Shown here one piece after another: positions 1 through 13,500 of a stretch of DNA of 64,000 bases (within the stretch, counting starts at the first letter, position 1; every line of letters begins with the position of its first letter). The notes below the pieces were generated by a model. It was not told where the DNA came from. It did not search any database and saw only the letters and a program-made list of their open reading frames with translations. The DNA lies in NCBI GenBank assembly GCA_023213395.1, contig CM041465.1, positions 206,219,741 through 206,283,740 on the forward strand, in the 5' to 3' direction. The translations under genes were made by a program, and so were the position numbers. Source of the DNA: Cycas panzhihuaensis (Eukaryota > Plantae > Cycadophyta).

Positions 1-1482
1 ATCTTCTGACAAAGTTTCAGTTGTAAGGTGCTTGACCAGTGGATACACCTATGGAGCCTAATATTAAGCTCTTAGTTGATGGTGACAATAGGGAGGCGGA
101 CGCAACACTCTACAGGCAACTTGTAGGTAGTCTCATCTATACTACCAACACTAGGCCAGATATTGCACACTGCTTCGGCATTCTTGCAAGATTCATGACA
201 AATCCTAAGCGTAATCATTGGCAAGTCGCAATACGAGTGTTGAGGTACCTAAAGACGACTAGCAAATATGGTCATTGTATGAACCCAATGCGTAATTTAA
301 ACTTTATGCATACATGCATTTGACTTTGCCGAGATAAAGACAGTGAAGATCTATGTCCGGCACGTAACATTTCTTGGAACAACACCAATATCATGGAGAA
401 CCGCATTTGAAGATAGTTGCACTCAATCAAGCCGAGTACATTGTCACTTCTCGAGACAAGCAAGGAGGTGATATGGCTTAGAAAATTGTTGAATACATTA
501 AATGCCACCCAAACAAGTTCTACTAGCTTACATGTAGATAATCAATCTACAATCCAGATGGCTAAAAATCCTCAGATTTCACGATCGTACCAAACATATA
601 AGTACAAAAGTCCACAGTGATTAGAGAACTAGTTCATGATGGCACAATTCAATTGGAGTAATCGCCCACAATGGATCAAGTGGCCGATATCTTCACCAAA
701 CCACCAAGAGGGTGAAGTTTGAACAGCCTTCAAAGCAACTCGCCTTAGGGCCTCCATCTCCGATCGATTGAAGGAGATGACAATAGGACCATCATACTGT
801 CTCCTTCGTGAAAACCCCTTGTGGGCGAAGGACAAGAGTAAGTCTCGCCTATCCCATTCGTGAAAACCCCATGTGGGCGCGAAAGGATAAGGGTTGTATC
901 ATTTTGGAAAATCAGAACCTATGAAAACCCGAAAGGGCATGGGGGATGACCAAATGATATATGGAGACTCAGTAAATTTCAGCTACAAAATTTATTGTAC
1001 TGATTGGCTATCTGGCTACATTTAAAGAGTCAGCTCGAGCAGTTAGTAGATTAGAAAATTTGTGGGTTTTCTTCCCCATGAGGGTTTCCCACAAAAGTAT
1101 CATACTAGTTTGCTTTGTAAGAGGCTCAAATGAAGACCTCATAGGATAGAATAAAATTTAATGAAATGACCATCTACCATTAAGGGGGAGATTGAAAAGG
1201 GTTAATGACATAAGGTCATTACATTAGTTGATTATAAGGGACTTAAGTGAACTTTAAATTAGATCATTTAAGTGAAATGCACTTTCATGTGCATTATGTG
1301 TAATTTCATTTCACCTAACTCAAATGCTCCCTCTCTCAATATAAAAGTAAAGCTCAATGGAGGAGATTCATTCTTACCTCCCCATTTTGTGAGAGCTACT
1401 TTCTTTCTCTCAAGTCTCTCTTGCTCCCATGTTTGCCTTTGTGTTTAGTGCATGGAGATGAAGGATAGATCCACTCTTTTCA
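1..1482 (+). mobile_element. Ty1/copia LTR retrotransposon A, 3' end (RT C-terminus/RNase H, long 3' UTR, PPT, 3' LTR)
   Basis: Frameshifted ORFs 39-720 with YRQLVGSLIY..TRPDI, VIWLRKLL, VDNQS..MAKNP motifs; PPT TAAGGGGGAGA at 1181-1191; LTR 1193-1482 with inverted ends TGAAAAG...CTTTTCA; 3' UTR resembles the reverse complement of 2470-2960 of element B. Confidence 0.9.
1193..1482 (+). repeat. 3' LTR of copia A (290 bp)
   Basis: Follows PPT; TG...CA with 7-bp terminal inverted repeat. Confidence 0.8.
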
Positions 1483-2959
1483 ATGTTACCTAATCTAAAC
1501 TTTAGCATACTACTACTAACATAAACCTAAATTCTATCTCATGGTCTCTTGTGTGAAATAAACAGATGGAATTGAGCATGGCTACAAAGGAACAAGGGGG
1601 TTGGCCTGTCATATAACACAAATAATAAATGAATACCATGAGTTGTTGCATGGCAAAGCATACAATCATGTTTAGTGGGACTATAAGCAACATTTTAAAT
1701 AAGACTCCCAAAAGCTATAATCTTCTATAGAGACCAATTATCATGAGGATTTGGGAAGTTTTATTATAAAATTTATTCATATGGGAGAATCTTGTTCAAA
1801 TGAGAAAGAACCATTTTAGGCAAAGATGATGCACTTCCTCATTTCAATTTTGTGATTTGGTCTTTATTGTTTATTCATGCCATAGATCACTTCCTTGTGT
1901 ACATGGAAATTGATGTATTCTTTCAACTATTCACAACTCTAGATTTTCGTGGTTCAATCTTACACCATCTTCATAAATACAAACATGGAAATCTCAATAA
2001 TTCTACTACAAGTTGAATCTAGATTCAATACTAAAATTTAATAATTGATAATGGGACGCTTAAATCAATCTTTAGGGGTTATCTACTATATGCATTTATG
2101 TTGAGAGAATGGATCTAGGGATCTAGTGCACTAACACTACATAATGGCAAATAGTGGAAACAAACATAATGTACTCAACAAGAGAAATGCTAATAGCTTG
2201 AGTTCAAAGTGGAGAAATGTAGAATATGATCACTCTCCATGTAATTTCAGCTTATATAATGGGAATACTCATTATGGTGTAGAATTTGAGTTTTCTCTCC
2301 CAATGACATTCAGATGAGATTACATAAAATTATAATGAAATGAACTTTATGTCATTTCACTTACGTGACTTAAGCATAGTCACCTTATCCTAAAGTTACA
2401 AACATAAAAGTGACTTTATCTAATTCTAACTTTATGAAATGACCATGTGACATTAACATCATTACAATCCCGCTCTTAATGGCAGAAGGTCATTTTCCTT
2501 TATCCCATTCTAATTTATGATGTCTTCATTTTAGCCTCATCATTACATTGAGAAAAAAAATTTACAACCTACAAGACACTTTTGTGGGAAAACCTTCAAG
2601 GGAATAAAAACCCACAGACTTGACTTCCTATTCTATGAAGTGGCTCAAGGGGCTCTTTGAGTATAACTAGATAACCAAACAGTACAAGTTGGTTGTGCAA
2701 TTTCAATCTACTGAGTCTCCATATACCGTTTCATCATCCCCCATGCCCTTTCGGGTTTTTACAGGTTCTGATTTTCGAAACAAGTACAACCCAACTCTTT
2801 TCGCGTCCACGAGCGGTTTTCACGAATGGGAGAGAGCAGAGACTTACTCTAATCCTTCTGCGCCCACAAGGGGTTTTTACGAATATGATAGAATATGCTG
2901 GTCCTATGTGCCATCTCCTTTAATCAGTTGGAGATGAAGGCCTTGAGGCTGAGTTGTTG

Positions 2960-5900
2960 TCAAAATTGTTTAAACTTCACCCTTTGTAGTGGTTTGGTGA
3001 AGATATCAGCCACTTGATCTGCTATGGGGCAGTGTTCCAATTGTATTGTGTCGTCATGGACTAGTTCTCGGATCTTGTGGACTTTCGTAGTAATGTGCTT
3101 TATACGATCATGAAAAACAAGATTTTTGGCCATGTGGATTGCTGATTGATTATCCACATGTAAGCTCGTTGGACCTGTCTAGGTGATATCTAAAGTATGT
3201 AATAATTTGCGAAGCCATATCACCTCCTTGCTAGTCTTAGAAGCAACTATGTATTCAGCTTCAGCAGTAGAATCTGCAGTGATTTTTTGCCACCTTGACC
3301 GCCATGAAATTGAAGTTGTTTCAAAAAATGTGGTGTACCCGAACGTTGATCTTTTTGTATTTTTGTCACCGGCAAAATTTGAGTCTCTGTATGTTGTAAG
3401 TCTGAATTCATTGTTGTACTCATATAACAAACCAAGTTTGTTGGTCGTCTTTAGGTACTTCAACACTCATATTGCTGCTTGTCAATGGTTCTGCTTTAGA
3501 GTTGTCATGTAATGGGTAAGAATACCAACGGCATGGGCAATACCTGGCCTTGTATTGGTAACATAAATGAGGCTACTTACAAGTTGTCGATAGAGTGTTG
3601 CGTCTGCCTCTTAAGTGTCTTCATCAGAAAGTTTGACATTGGGCTTCATTGCTGTAGACATTGTTCTGGCATCTTCTAATCTGAGTCTCTGTATGTTGTA
3701 AGTCTGAATTCATTGTTGTACTCATATAACAAACCAAGTTTGTTGGTCGTCTTCAGGTACTTCAACACTCGTATTGCTACTTGCCAATGGTTCTGCTTTA
3801 GAGTTGTCATGTAATGGGTAAGAATACCAACGGCATGGGCAATATCTGGCCTTGTATTGGTAACATAAATGAGACTACTTACAAGTTGTCGATAGAGTGT
3901 TACGTCTGCCTCTTAAATGTCTTCATCAAAAAGTTTGACATTGGGCTCCATTGGAGTAGACATTGTTCTGGCATCTTCTAATCAGAACTTAATTAGAAGA
4001 TCGTTGAGATATTTTTCTTGGGAGAGAGATTTTTCCATTGCATTGAGTTACCTCAATTCCCAAGTAATATCTCATTAGTCCGAGGTTAGACAGTTCAAAG
4101 GATTTTAACAAGTCCATCTTTAATTTGTTGATATTCTGGTCACTGTTTCCGGTTATCGGCATGTCGTTCACAAAGATCAAGAGATATATGACTTTGCCTT
4201 TTTCTCTCTTAATGAACAAAGTTGCATCAATGTCTTGATAATCACATATCTCATAACCAAGTTGTTTCATTTTGTTGGACAACTTAGTGAACCAAGCACA
4301 AGGGACTTGTTTTAGGCCATATAGCGACTTTTTCAGTCTACACACTTTTTACTCTTGTCCTGTTATCTCAAAGCCTTCAAGCTGTGTCATGTAGATTTCT
4401 TCTTCCAAATCTCCGTTGAGAAAAGCAGTTTTCACATCGAGTTGGTGGATTTTCCAACTCTGTTGAGTAGCCAAGGCCACAAGTGCTCTGATTGTGGGCC
4501 ATTTGGTAGTTGGTGCGAAGACCTCTGTGTAGTCAATGCCTTCCCTTTGGGTGAATCCTTTTGCGACCAACTTCGCTTTGTGTTTTTCAAGGGTGTCGTC
4601 TAATCTGTATTTATTTTTGAACAATCATTTGTTTCTGACTACCTTCCTTCCTAAAGGCAGATCAACAAGCTCCCATGTACTGTTTTTTATCAAGGATTGG
4701 TATTCCTCATTCATGGCATTTCTCCAAATTGTGTGTTTCACAACTTCTTGGTATGATAAAGGCTCGTCATTTGAAGCAAGGTGCAGTTCAGCTGGTTCAA
4801 GCTCTATAGGAAGTGATATTTGCTCCCTTGCTCTGTAGGCATCGCTTCGAGTGCCAGTTTTGCCTACCTCATCAGATCTCAAGTCTTTGTGCAACTGGTA
4901 GGCTTCTCGAAAACCCTTAGTTGGAAATGACATTCTTATTTTCACAACATCTTGGTCTTCATTTTGATCCTGAAAGGATCATGGGAGATGTATGGTCTGG
5001 AGGTCGATGACATTGCTGGAGAAGACAACCCTACAACTGAAGATGGTGAAGGTAGTTCTTCTACAGCTCCTTTTCCTTTTGATGCATGATGTGGTGATTC
5101 CTGGCTATTCTCCCAAGATGGCGTTGGATTGGTGCACATTGGCACAGGATCTGAGTCAAGGATAATGTCCTCTGGAGCTCTATTGTCAAATTCCAAAATT
5201 TTGAGTATTTCTATAGTGTCTGCCCCCCCCCCCCCCCAAATGTTGGAATCTGTACATCATATTCCTGGATATCGTTGTATCTATGAGATGGTACTTTAGA
5301 ATTAAGCTGAAGTAGTTGATCCTTTGTTTCCGCAAACACCACATCCCTAGTGATAATGATCTTCTTTAATGTTGGAATGAAGACCTTGTACCCTTTTTTG
5401 TTCATGGGATACCCAACAAAGATGCCCTTTAAAGCTCGCGGTTGGAGCTTATTTCTATGCTAATCGAGAATGTGACGATAACAAGTAGAGTTGAAAATTT
5501 TAAAGTGATGGACGGTGGGGGTCTGTCCAATCCATGGTTCATTTGGAGACAGGTCGAACTTCGGTGGACTTATGTTGTTCATGCAATAGAGTGCAGTAAA
5601 TAACTTCTGTCCAAAGATATGCAGATACATTCTTGAAGGCGAGCATAGCTTGTGCCATATTCATTACAGTTCTGTTAGCCCTTTTAACAATGCCATTTTG
5701 CTGAGGGGTACCTGCAATAGTTGTTTGATGCTTGATCCCCTGGTGAGGTAAGAAGTCTTTGAATTCATTTGAAGTGTATTCACCACCATTGTCAGTCTTG
5801 AGACACTTCAGCTGATATTTGGATTCCTTCTCTATGAGAGTCTTGAATGCCTTGACTACTATGAATGCTTTATCTTTTGATTTGAGAAAGGTCACCCATA

Positions 5901-7824
5901 CCTTTCGAGTGAAGTTATCAATAAATGTAATGTAGTACCTCTTCCCTGTGAGAGAAGGGATAGGCATAGGCCCACAGATGTCTTAGTGTACTAATTCAAG
6001 AGGCTGACTGGCTTTCCATTGACTCTAGGGAAATGGTTGTCGGTGGGATTTAGCAATAATGCAAGCTTCACATTTGAACGACTTAGAAGAAAATCTGGGC
6101 AGACTTGGAGTGGAATGGGAGATTTCCTTAAGTCGATTAAGTTTGACGTGCCCCATGCCAGCATGCCAGAGAGCTTCTAGGGATAGCTTGGAATGAGTTA
6201 AGGTGACATTATATGCAAGTTCTTCTTCGACACAGATGAGGGCAGCAACTTGGTATGTAGAAGAAGACAGCGTGGTTCCAGTCAGTCTAAATATCTTACC
6301 TTTAAGTTTCCCAGTCATCACCACAAAACATGAAGGCAGGTGAATAACACTAAGAACTTAATCGTTAGTTATGACACACTAAGAACTTGATCGTTAGCTG
6401 TGACACTCAAGTCGAATCCACGGGAGACCAATGTGGATAGCGACAAAAGGTTTTGTTTGAGATGGGGAATATACAAGACATCTTTTAAAGTAAAATTAGG
6501 CAGGCTTGGGAGCTTCAGGCATATGGAGTCCATGCCTAGAACAGGTTGTGTCGACTTATCGGCCATATGCACTACTCCAGTGACCTTTGAGTCAAAATCT
6601 TGGAAGAAGTCTCAGTGACAAGTCATGTGTTGGGTAGCTCCTGTGTCCATAACCCAGTCCGATGATGATGTTGATGTAGTATTTACCTGTCCAAGAGGTT
6701 GAGGCAGTGGCGAATCAAGCTGACAAATGGTTGTGCCACAATGTGCCTCGATGTACCTCTTAGGTCTAGAAACAACAAATGAAGTGGATGCTTCCCTATT
6801 TTGTTGAATATGTGCCTCAATGAGATTTGCTCCTGCAAATAAGTCATCATGACTCTCATCAACATTGTGGGCTTGATGTTGTTGTTGTTGATGACGACGT
6901 TATCTGTTGTAGTCAATGCGGCAATCTTTTGCAAGGTGTCCTTTCCTGTTACACCTTTGACATGTGGAAGCATTGATGTTTGATTGTCTTTGATTAGCGG
7001 TCTTTTAACTGTTGTTTTGTTGCTGACCTTGTTGTTGCCTCTACTGTTGTCCTTGTTGCTTTCCCTTGCCTCTTACCGCGACCTCTTCTTCCTCCATGTG
7101 AAGATTGACCTTGCTATTTGGTGTAGTATTCTTCCTCGTCCATGTTAGCTTCGAAGGCTGCATTAGGAGGTGAATCTGAAAGTGGGAAGCTGGTAGTGAA
7201 GGTCTTGTCATGTTCAATAAACTTCTCAACTAATGCTTCGAAGTTGAGGGTCTTCAGTGTGGCAGATGACTGAAGATTTCCCAGCAAGTTATTATAATCA
7301 AGAACGTGTAGACTTGACTAAATTAGGAAGGCCCAAGTTATGCATTAGGTCTTAAAATCCCTGTTAATGGTCTGTTTAATAGGGAAAAGAGCATTGATGG
7401 TTTCATGTGCTTGCCTTTTCTGCATTCGCATCTTGTTCATCTTCAATACCATATGAACAAACTCCAAGTCTGATCGAGTATCGAAGTTTCTTTTGACGAC
7501 TTTGAGGACCTTGAAGGCAGTGTCGTGTTGCATGTCATCGATCAGGTTGTGCAAGGAGTAATATGTAACTAGAAGGATCCCTGGTCTGATCTTTTGGTCT
7601 TCAATGATCCACTGTCGTCGTTGCAGATTATTAGGTGGAGGAGCTGGAGGTGAGCCACCACTCTGTGGTGTGGTGTCGGTAGCAGGTACTATTGGGGTTA
7701 ACTCTAAGTGGTCCAGCCAGAGTCCCTCATACTTGGTTGTGTTATTGACTCTCGTGAACCATAGATCACAATTTTCCTTCCCCTTTAGTGTACAATTCAC
7801 ATTTTGTTTGAAGTTGGTCGACAT
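2960..7824 (-). pseudogene. gag-pol of copia B (Gag, CCHC, protease, integrase, RT, RNase H), disrupted by stops and frameshifts
   Basis: ORF pieces with protease WVMDTGAT (~6630-6660), integrase KTDNGGEY/TPQQNG (5539-5967), RT QLDVKTAFLNG (4349-4624), RNase H AEAEYI/DIFTKPL (2960-3466); copia domain order. Confidence 0.95.
3380..3983. repeat. 302-bp tandem duplication inside the RT of copia B
   Basis: 3380-3681 and 3682-3983 align end to end with scattered substitutions. Confidence 0.95.
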
Positions 7825-8143
7825 GGTGGTGTGAAAAGATGAATAAGAGTGATGTATATAAATGTGTATGAAAATGCACTAAGTAGAAAAAGGTGGAGTC
7901 ACTGACACTTGGGACAGGTCTACCTGACGCAACAGGGAATAATAATGATGTAAAGCCACTAATACTTGTGGTGAATCTTCCTGACGCAATAGGAAATCAT
8001 GAAATAATATAATGTAAGATGTAAAAGCAAAGATATCACAAATAAGTATGTGGTATAAGTGATCTAGTCAAGATAAGTGATAAGGCCTATATAGAAACCG
8101 GCATGTCGGCGCACACAACTGGTAATTAATGTGATGTAGGATG

Positions 8144-8403
8144 TGTTAAAATCACGTCTAACCCTCTCCACTACTACCTGCGGGTTTTGGTGTGATGGTG
8201 AAAACGTGTTGGTATCAGAGCCAACGTCACGGGGTCGACTCCCGGGGATCCCGACGTATCGGCAAATCCGTGCGCTCGGATGCAAACAGTGGGTTGTAAG
8301 TCCCACGCCGTCGTGGAGCGGTTCACGTGACGGGGCATGTTAAAATCACGTCTAACCCTCTCCACTACTACCTGCGGGTTTTGGTGTGATGGTGAAAACG
8401 TGT
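8144..8403 (+). mobile_element. Miniature LTR retrotransposon (TRIM/SMART-like), 260 bp
   Basis: Identical 66-bp direct repeats 8144-8209 and 8338-8403 starting TGTT; PBS TGGTATCAGAGCC at 8210-8222; PPT-like GTGACGGGGCA at 8327-8337; 128-bp non-coding interior. Confidence 0.9.
8181..8253 (+). ncRNA. tRNA-like cloverleaf with A-box/B-box-like motifs spanning the mini-element LTR/PBS junction (not a canonical tRNA gene)
   Basis: A-box-like TGGTGTGATGGT 8188-8199; stem GTTGG/CCAAC (8208-8212/8221-8225) around an 8-nt loop; T-arm CGGG-GTCGACT-CCCG 8230-8244; acceptor-like pairing GGGTTT(8182-8187)/GGATCC(8246-8251) with G:U pairs. Confidence 0.65.
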
Positions 8404-10512
8404 AGGAAGGCCAAATCAGCACACTGTCCACTGCCACATCAACACACGCCCAAAGCCGGCTCGGCACCGCTTCAAATTTCGACTCCATTTGTCTTTTTGA
8501 GGAAATTTCTTCAAGATTCTAGTGCTCTCTCTCTTCGCCACTCAACTCCTCACCGCCGAGTCATCTCCAACGCATCGCCCTCGAGAAGATTGGATCGCCG
8601 CCACCACTTGAGGATCGCCAAGACTCCCAAGATCACCGTCATCAAAGCGATCTTTGAGTCAATCGCTCTCTCACGCCCAAAGATCCGGCTCATTGATCAC
8701 AGTTTGTCATTGAGCATTCCACCAAGATTTAATCACATCATTGCCTAGCCGCCCGAGCCGCCACCTCATCAAGACTGCCTTGAGCCGCCACCTCATCAAG
8801 ATCGCCAACTCGGCGCTTCTATCATCGCTCACTCATTAATTGCCTTTATCGGCTCATTGGGTGCACTGTCCGACTCATTAATCGCATCGGCTCATTGAGT
8901 GCATCGCCCAAAGATTGACTCATATTGACAAAAAGGATCGTTTAGCCATCATTATCGAGTCGGTCCAATCAACTCAAGCAGAGTATCCCATCTCATCGCT
9001 AGCTAGACTCTCTTCATTTCCATTAGCAAAAGACTCTCTTCATTTCCGACTCACTGGCCGCTACCATCGAAGGTCGCCACTCAACCGCCACTCATCGACA
9101 TTCATTCCACTCATCTCTTTCTTGCCAATTTGTCATCATCTCTTGCCGGCTCGTAGGTTCTGCCACCGGCGGTTTAGCACTCATCATTCAAAGACACAGT
9201 CCACTTTGGTCGCCGGTGTCATCTCACCGCCTAATCAGCCCTCATTCGACTTGCTCCTCAACTATCGAATCACCCTCTACCGCCAACTCAGCAGAGGATT
9301 CCAGCTCATCATCAAACTGTCCACATCAATTCAAGCCGCCACATCGCCCAATTCAACGGTGACTCAAGGCCTCTTGCCAACTCAAAGATTGAACTGCCCA
9401 AAGGCTCGAAGTGGAAATTCAAATTTTTTTTAGCATATTTTGATCAATATGCTCATGTGAATTCTCTTTTAAAAGATTTTAAGAGATTTTTTTTTAAATT
9501 TCTTAAGGGGGGAAATTTTAAAAAAGACTTTAAGTCTTTATAGTTGGGCCTACTTAAAGTTTTTTTTACATTGGCACTCTTGATTCTCAAAAAGTACTTG
9601 TGTACTTACTGTTTTAAGCTTTTTTTTCACACTTTCATGCTATTAAAGCATCATTGGGCTTAATTATTGTGATCAAGAGGAATATTTTCATTGTAAAGGT
9701 GAAGAAAATTACCACCTAACTTCAGTTTTTTGGCACCTTGCATGGTGACCTTGACCTTCTTCAGTTCAAAAAGGAAGGTTCATTGTGAAAAGTAATAAAA
9801 TCACTTTTTTCTTGTTGGATTGTTGAGACATTTTAAGTCTCAACAGCGGCTGTGTGGAGTTTGTGTTGGACTTTGGAGCAATTTCGTGAGTACATTTCAT
9901 CAGATTTTGGAACTTAAAAGGAACCCTCTTTTGCTGTCATCAAAGGTTCCTTACATCAGTTTTAAGTACCCAAAGTACTTTATCATTGTACTCAAGCATA
10001 CATAGCACCTCACTTGGATCTAAAGCACTTGAAATCTGTTTTGTGCTCATTCTTTGTAAGCCAAAAGGCATAAAAAATCCAAGTAAGAAGATTCACTTAG
10101 ACTTATTTAAAAGTGAATTTAAAACTCTGTTGGAGAGGCTCGAAAAAGGTTCAAACCTTGCCTCGAATTAACCTTAAGCTTGGTGCATTCCTAGGGGACC
10201 AACCGACTGCATTGTCGGTGCACGACAATTAAGGTTGCTTGAGGAAAGGAGGTTCGAAAAGGGTGTTATTGAAATGTGAATCCTGTGGAAAGCATGGTAC
10301 GTCCATGCAGATCAACCCTACCTGCCTTGTCCTAGATTTAACTTGATCCTCCACCTCATTAGCCAGAGTCCTCCACCTCTCTTCACCCCATTGGTTGTTG
10401 GATCTTCTTGTAAGATCAAGACTAGTGGTGTTGTTTGAAGGTGGGTCTTAAGCGACAAAGCTTTTGAAGTTTCCAAGTTATCTGCTAGCTTCAAGTGTTA
10501 CTCAAGTGGAAA

Positions 10513-13500
10513 GATGGCTGCCATAAGTATGCTTAATGCTTGTACCATAAGGCTAAGTGGCAATCAAATTATCAAGAATGGAAAAGAATCACAAAAAATC
10601 TCTTGATAATGAATGAGTTCTAGGGATATGTTTCTGGAAGAATCCTCAATCCTACACTTGTGGTTAATGATAATCAACCTGCACCTGTGGATGTTCAACT
10701 TGTTGCTGCATGGGAGGCCAAAGACGAAATTGCCTTGGCTTTCATTCGTATGGTTGTGGACATACATGTAGACCAAAATATTACTTCTGCACTATCTTCT
10801 AAAGAAGCATGGGACACCTTGTCCTCCTTGTATGAAAAGCGAGATGAAGCTCGCATTTTGATGATAAAAGCTAAATTGTACTCCATCAAATTTGTAAAGC
10901 CAATGTCGGCATTCATGTCCTCTATTAAGGAGGTTTGTAATGAATTAACTATTTTAGATAGTCCAGCTACAAGAGATGAAATCATAGCCTCCATCACAAA
11001 AGCATTGCCAAAGGACTACAACAGCTTTATATCATCAATTACACGAGATGGTTCACTAAGGGGGATGACAGTCAATCAACTTGAAAGCTTATTGCTTCAA
11101 GAAGAACAAATCTATGCTAAGGATAATGAAGAACCATCTACATCAGGTGCTTTCATAGCAAGGGCCAAGACAAATCAAAAATCCAAAACTGCATTCACAA
11201 AGCAGTTTGGAAATATGAACGTTGGATCTTCCAAATCCAATGTCGTATGCCATTATTGTGGCATTCTTGGCCACATTGCACCGAAAGTGTAAAGAAGCAA
11301 GCAGATCGTCAAAGACAAAGACCACAGGATCAAAGACAAGCGGCCATTGTGGTCAAAGACAACAGCAGCCCACGACATCGGGCCAACAAAGGTTCCAACA
11401 CACGATCGGCGTTCCCCTCGACCAAATCGAGGTGCCTATCGAGGAGGTCCAAGAGGAGGGGGGGGTCAAAGAAATGGCTACCAACGCCATTATAATCAGT
11501 TTGCCAATGATGACAAACTACTTTGTGCATACCAATCATCCAAGGTTGACAACACTTGGATTGTCGATTCAGGAGCCACTCGACATATGACAGGAGTGAA
11601 GAACTCCTATGCAACATCAAAGAAGGTAAAGGTCATTTAGTGACCTTTGGAAATGTCAATCGATTGAGGTTTCGTGAATAGGCACCATAGCTCCTTTTCA
11701 TTCTCCTCAAAATCCTTCCTCATCATTTCCCAACAAAGGATGCCTACTTCATTCCTTCTATGGAGAAGAATCGCTCTCTGTTAGCCGATGAACAAGCAAA
11801 AATGAGCGTACTATTTAAAATGGGAAATGTATTATTTGTGACAAAGATGATCGGATCATAAATGTAGCCTATGAGGATCAAGGTCTTTACAAGTTGGATG
11901 CCAATAATATTACTCTTAATTCGCTTACTTTGGTTCCACATCTTTGTCAAAAATTCGGTTATGCCATCAACGCTCAGGACGTTTAAGCCTAGACAATCAA
12001 GCGGATGACATACAAACGCATGGTGTATGGGCTTCCAAAGATGTATGGTTCAAAATGTTTTTGCGAAGCTTGCATAATGGGGACACAACATCTACGCCTT
12101 TTCCTAAAGGCAAAGCATGGCGTGCATCTTATCCTTTGCAATTAGTTCACTGCACTTGTGTGGACCCATGTCCACCCACCCTTTGGAGGAGCATTGTACT
12201 ACATATCTTTTATTGATGACTTCTCTCACAAAGTCCGGGTCTACTTCCTAAAGCATAAATCGAGCCTTCTCCAAGTTCAAAGAGTTCAAGGCGAAGTAGA
12301 AAATGAATCGCTACTCAATTGGCACATTAAGGTCGATAATGGAGGTGAATTCACTTCAAATGAATTCAACCAATTTTGCAAGGATAATGGAATTGAGACA
12401 ACTCACGACTCCTCATACTCCTCAAAGAAATGGAGTCTCCGAAAGGATGAATAGAACATTGGCTAATAAAGCCGTAACAATGATGCATGCAAAAGGGCTT
12501 CCAAGAGCTTCTCGGGTCAAGCATTTCTTACAACCGCTTATGTGGCCAATCGAAGTCCTACAAATAGCCACCAATATCACACCCGAGGAGGCATGGTCCG
12601 AAAGAAGCCAACTATCGACCATTTGAGGACATTCGTGTATCAGATATGCACATACCGGATCAACAAAGAACAAAGTTGGACAAACATAGCCTAAAATGCA
12701 TCTTTGTAGGATATGCAATCCATAGCAAAGCCTACAAGTTGTATGATCCAATTGAGAAAAATGCATCTCTCAAGAGATGTAATCTTTGTTGAGGATGATA
12801 AAAAGAGTTGGATATGGCATCAATCCAACCCCCATTGACAAAGGGAAAAGATTGTTGAGAACTTCCTTCCCTCAATCTTACACACCATGTTCTTCATCAA
12901 GACCTTCGTACCATCTACTTCATCTTCATTTGCTCCACTTGAACCTTCCACTTCATCTTCTGCCGCTCCTACACTTAGACCGTAAGATATTGAGGTTCAT
13001 GCCACATCATTTCGTGGTTACCTAAGTGGTACACTCAAACCAAGACAGATGGTCACATCATTGAAGGGAAACGTCCATCAAAGTTTCTAAGAAGAAACAA
13101 ACTTTGCACTTATGGTCAAGTGCTTTCTATTGATGAGCCTACTACCTTTCGGAGGCTTCACAAAGTGATAGTTGGAAAGTCCATGGATGAGGAGATTCAA
13201 TCCATTCACAAGAATGGTACTTGGGACTTGGTCGAATTGCCTCCACACAAACAGTAATCATTGTAAATGGGTCTACAAGACCAAATTCCATTCCGATGGG
13301 ACACTCAAGCGTAAAGCTAGACTTGTAGCAAAGGGGTTTAAACAAAAGAAGGAATTGATTACGAGGAGACCTTTGCACCAGAGCAAACATGAACACAATC
13401 GACTTCTCTTGGCCTTAGCCGCACAATGCAAATGGGTCAGATATCAGATGGACGTGAAGAGCGCCTTCCTCAACGGCGATCTTCAAGAGGAGGTATACTT

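Noticed and set aside
8181-8253. Genuine tRNA gene (TCA triplet in the loop suggesting a suppressor or Sec tRNA)
   Set aside because: The loop is 8 nt, the T-loop is GTCGA rather than TTCGA, several stems have mismatches, and the loop is simply the iMet PBS; treated as tRNA-like
8144-8403. CRISPR-like repeat-spacer unit
   Set aside because: Only two 66-bp repeats, eukaryotic context, and PBS/PPT explain the layout
8386-9433. ORFs of 120 and 172 aa in the leader of copia C
   Set aside because: Low-complexity C-rich degenerate repeats with no recognisable domain
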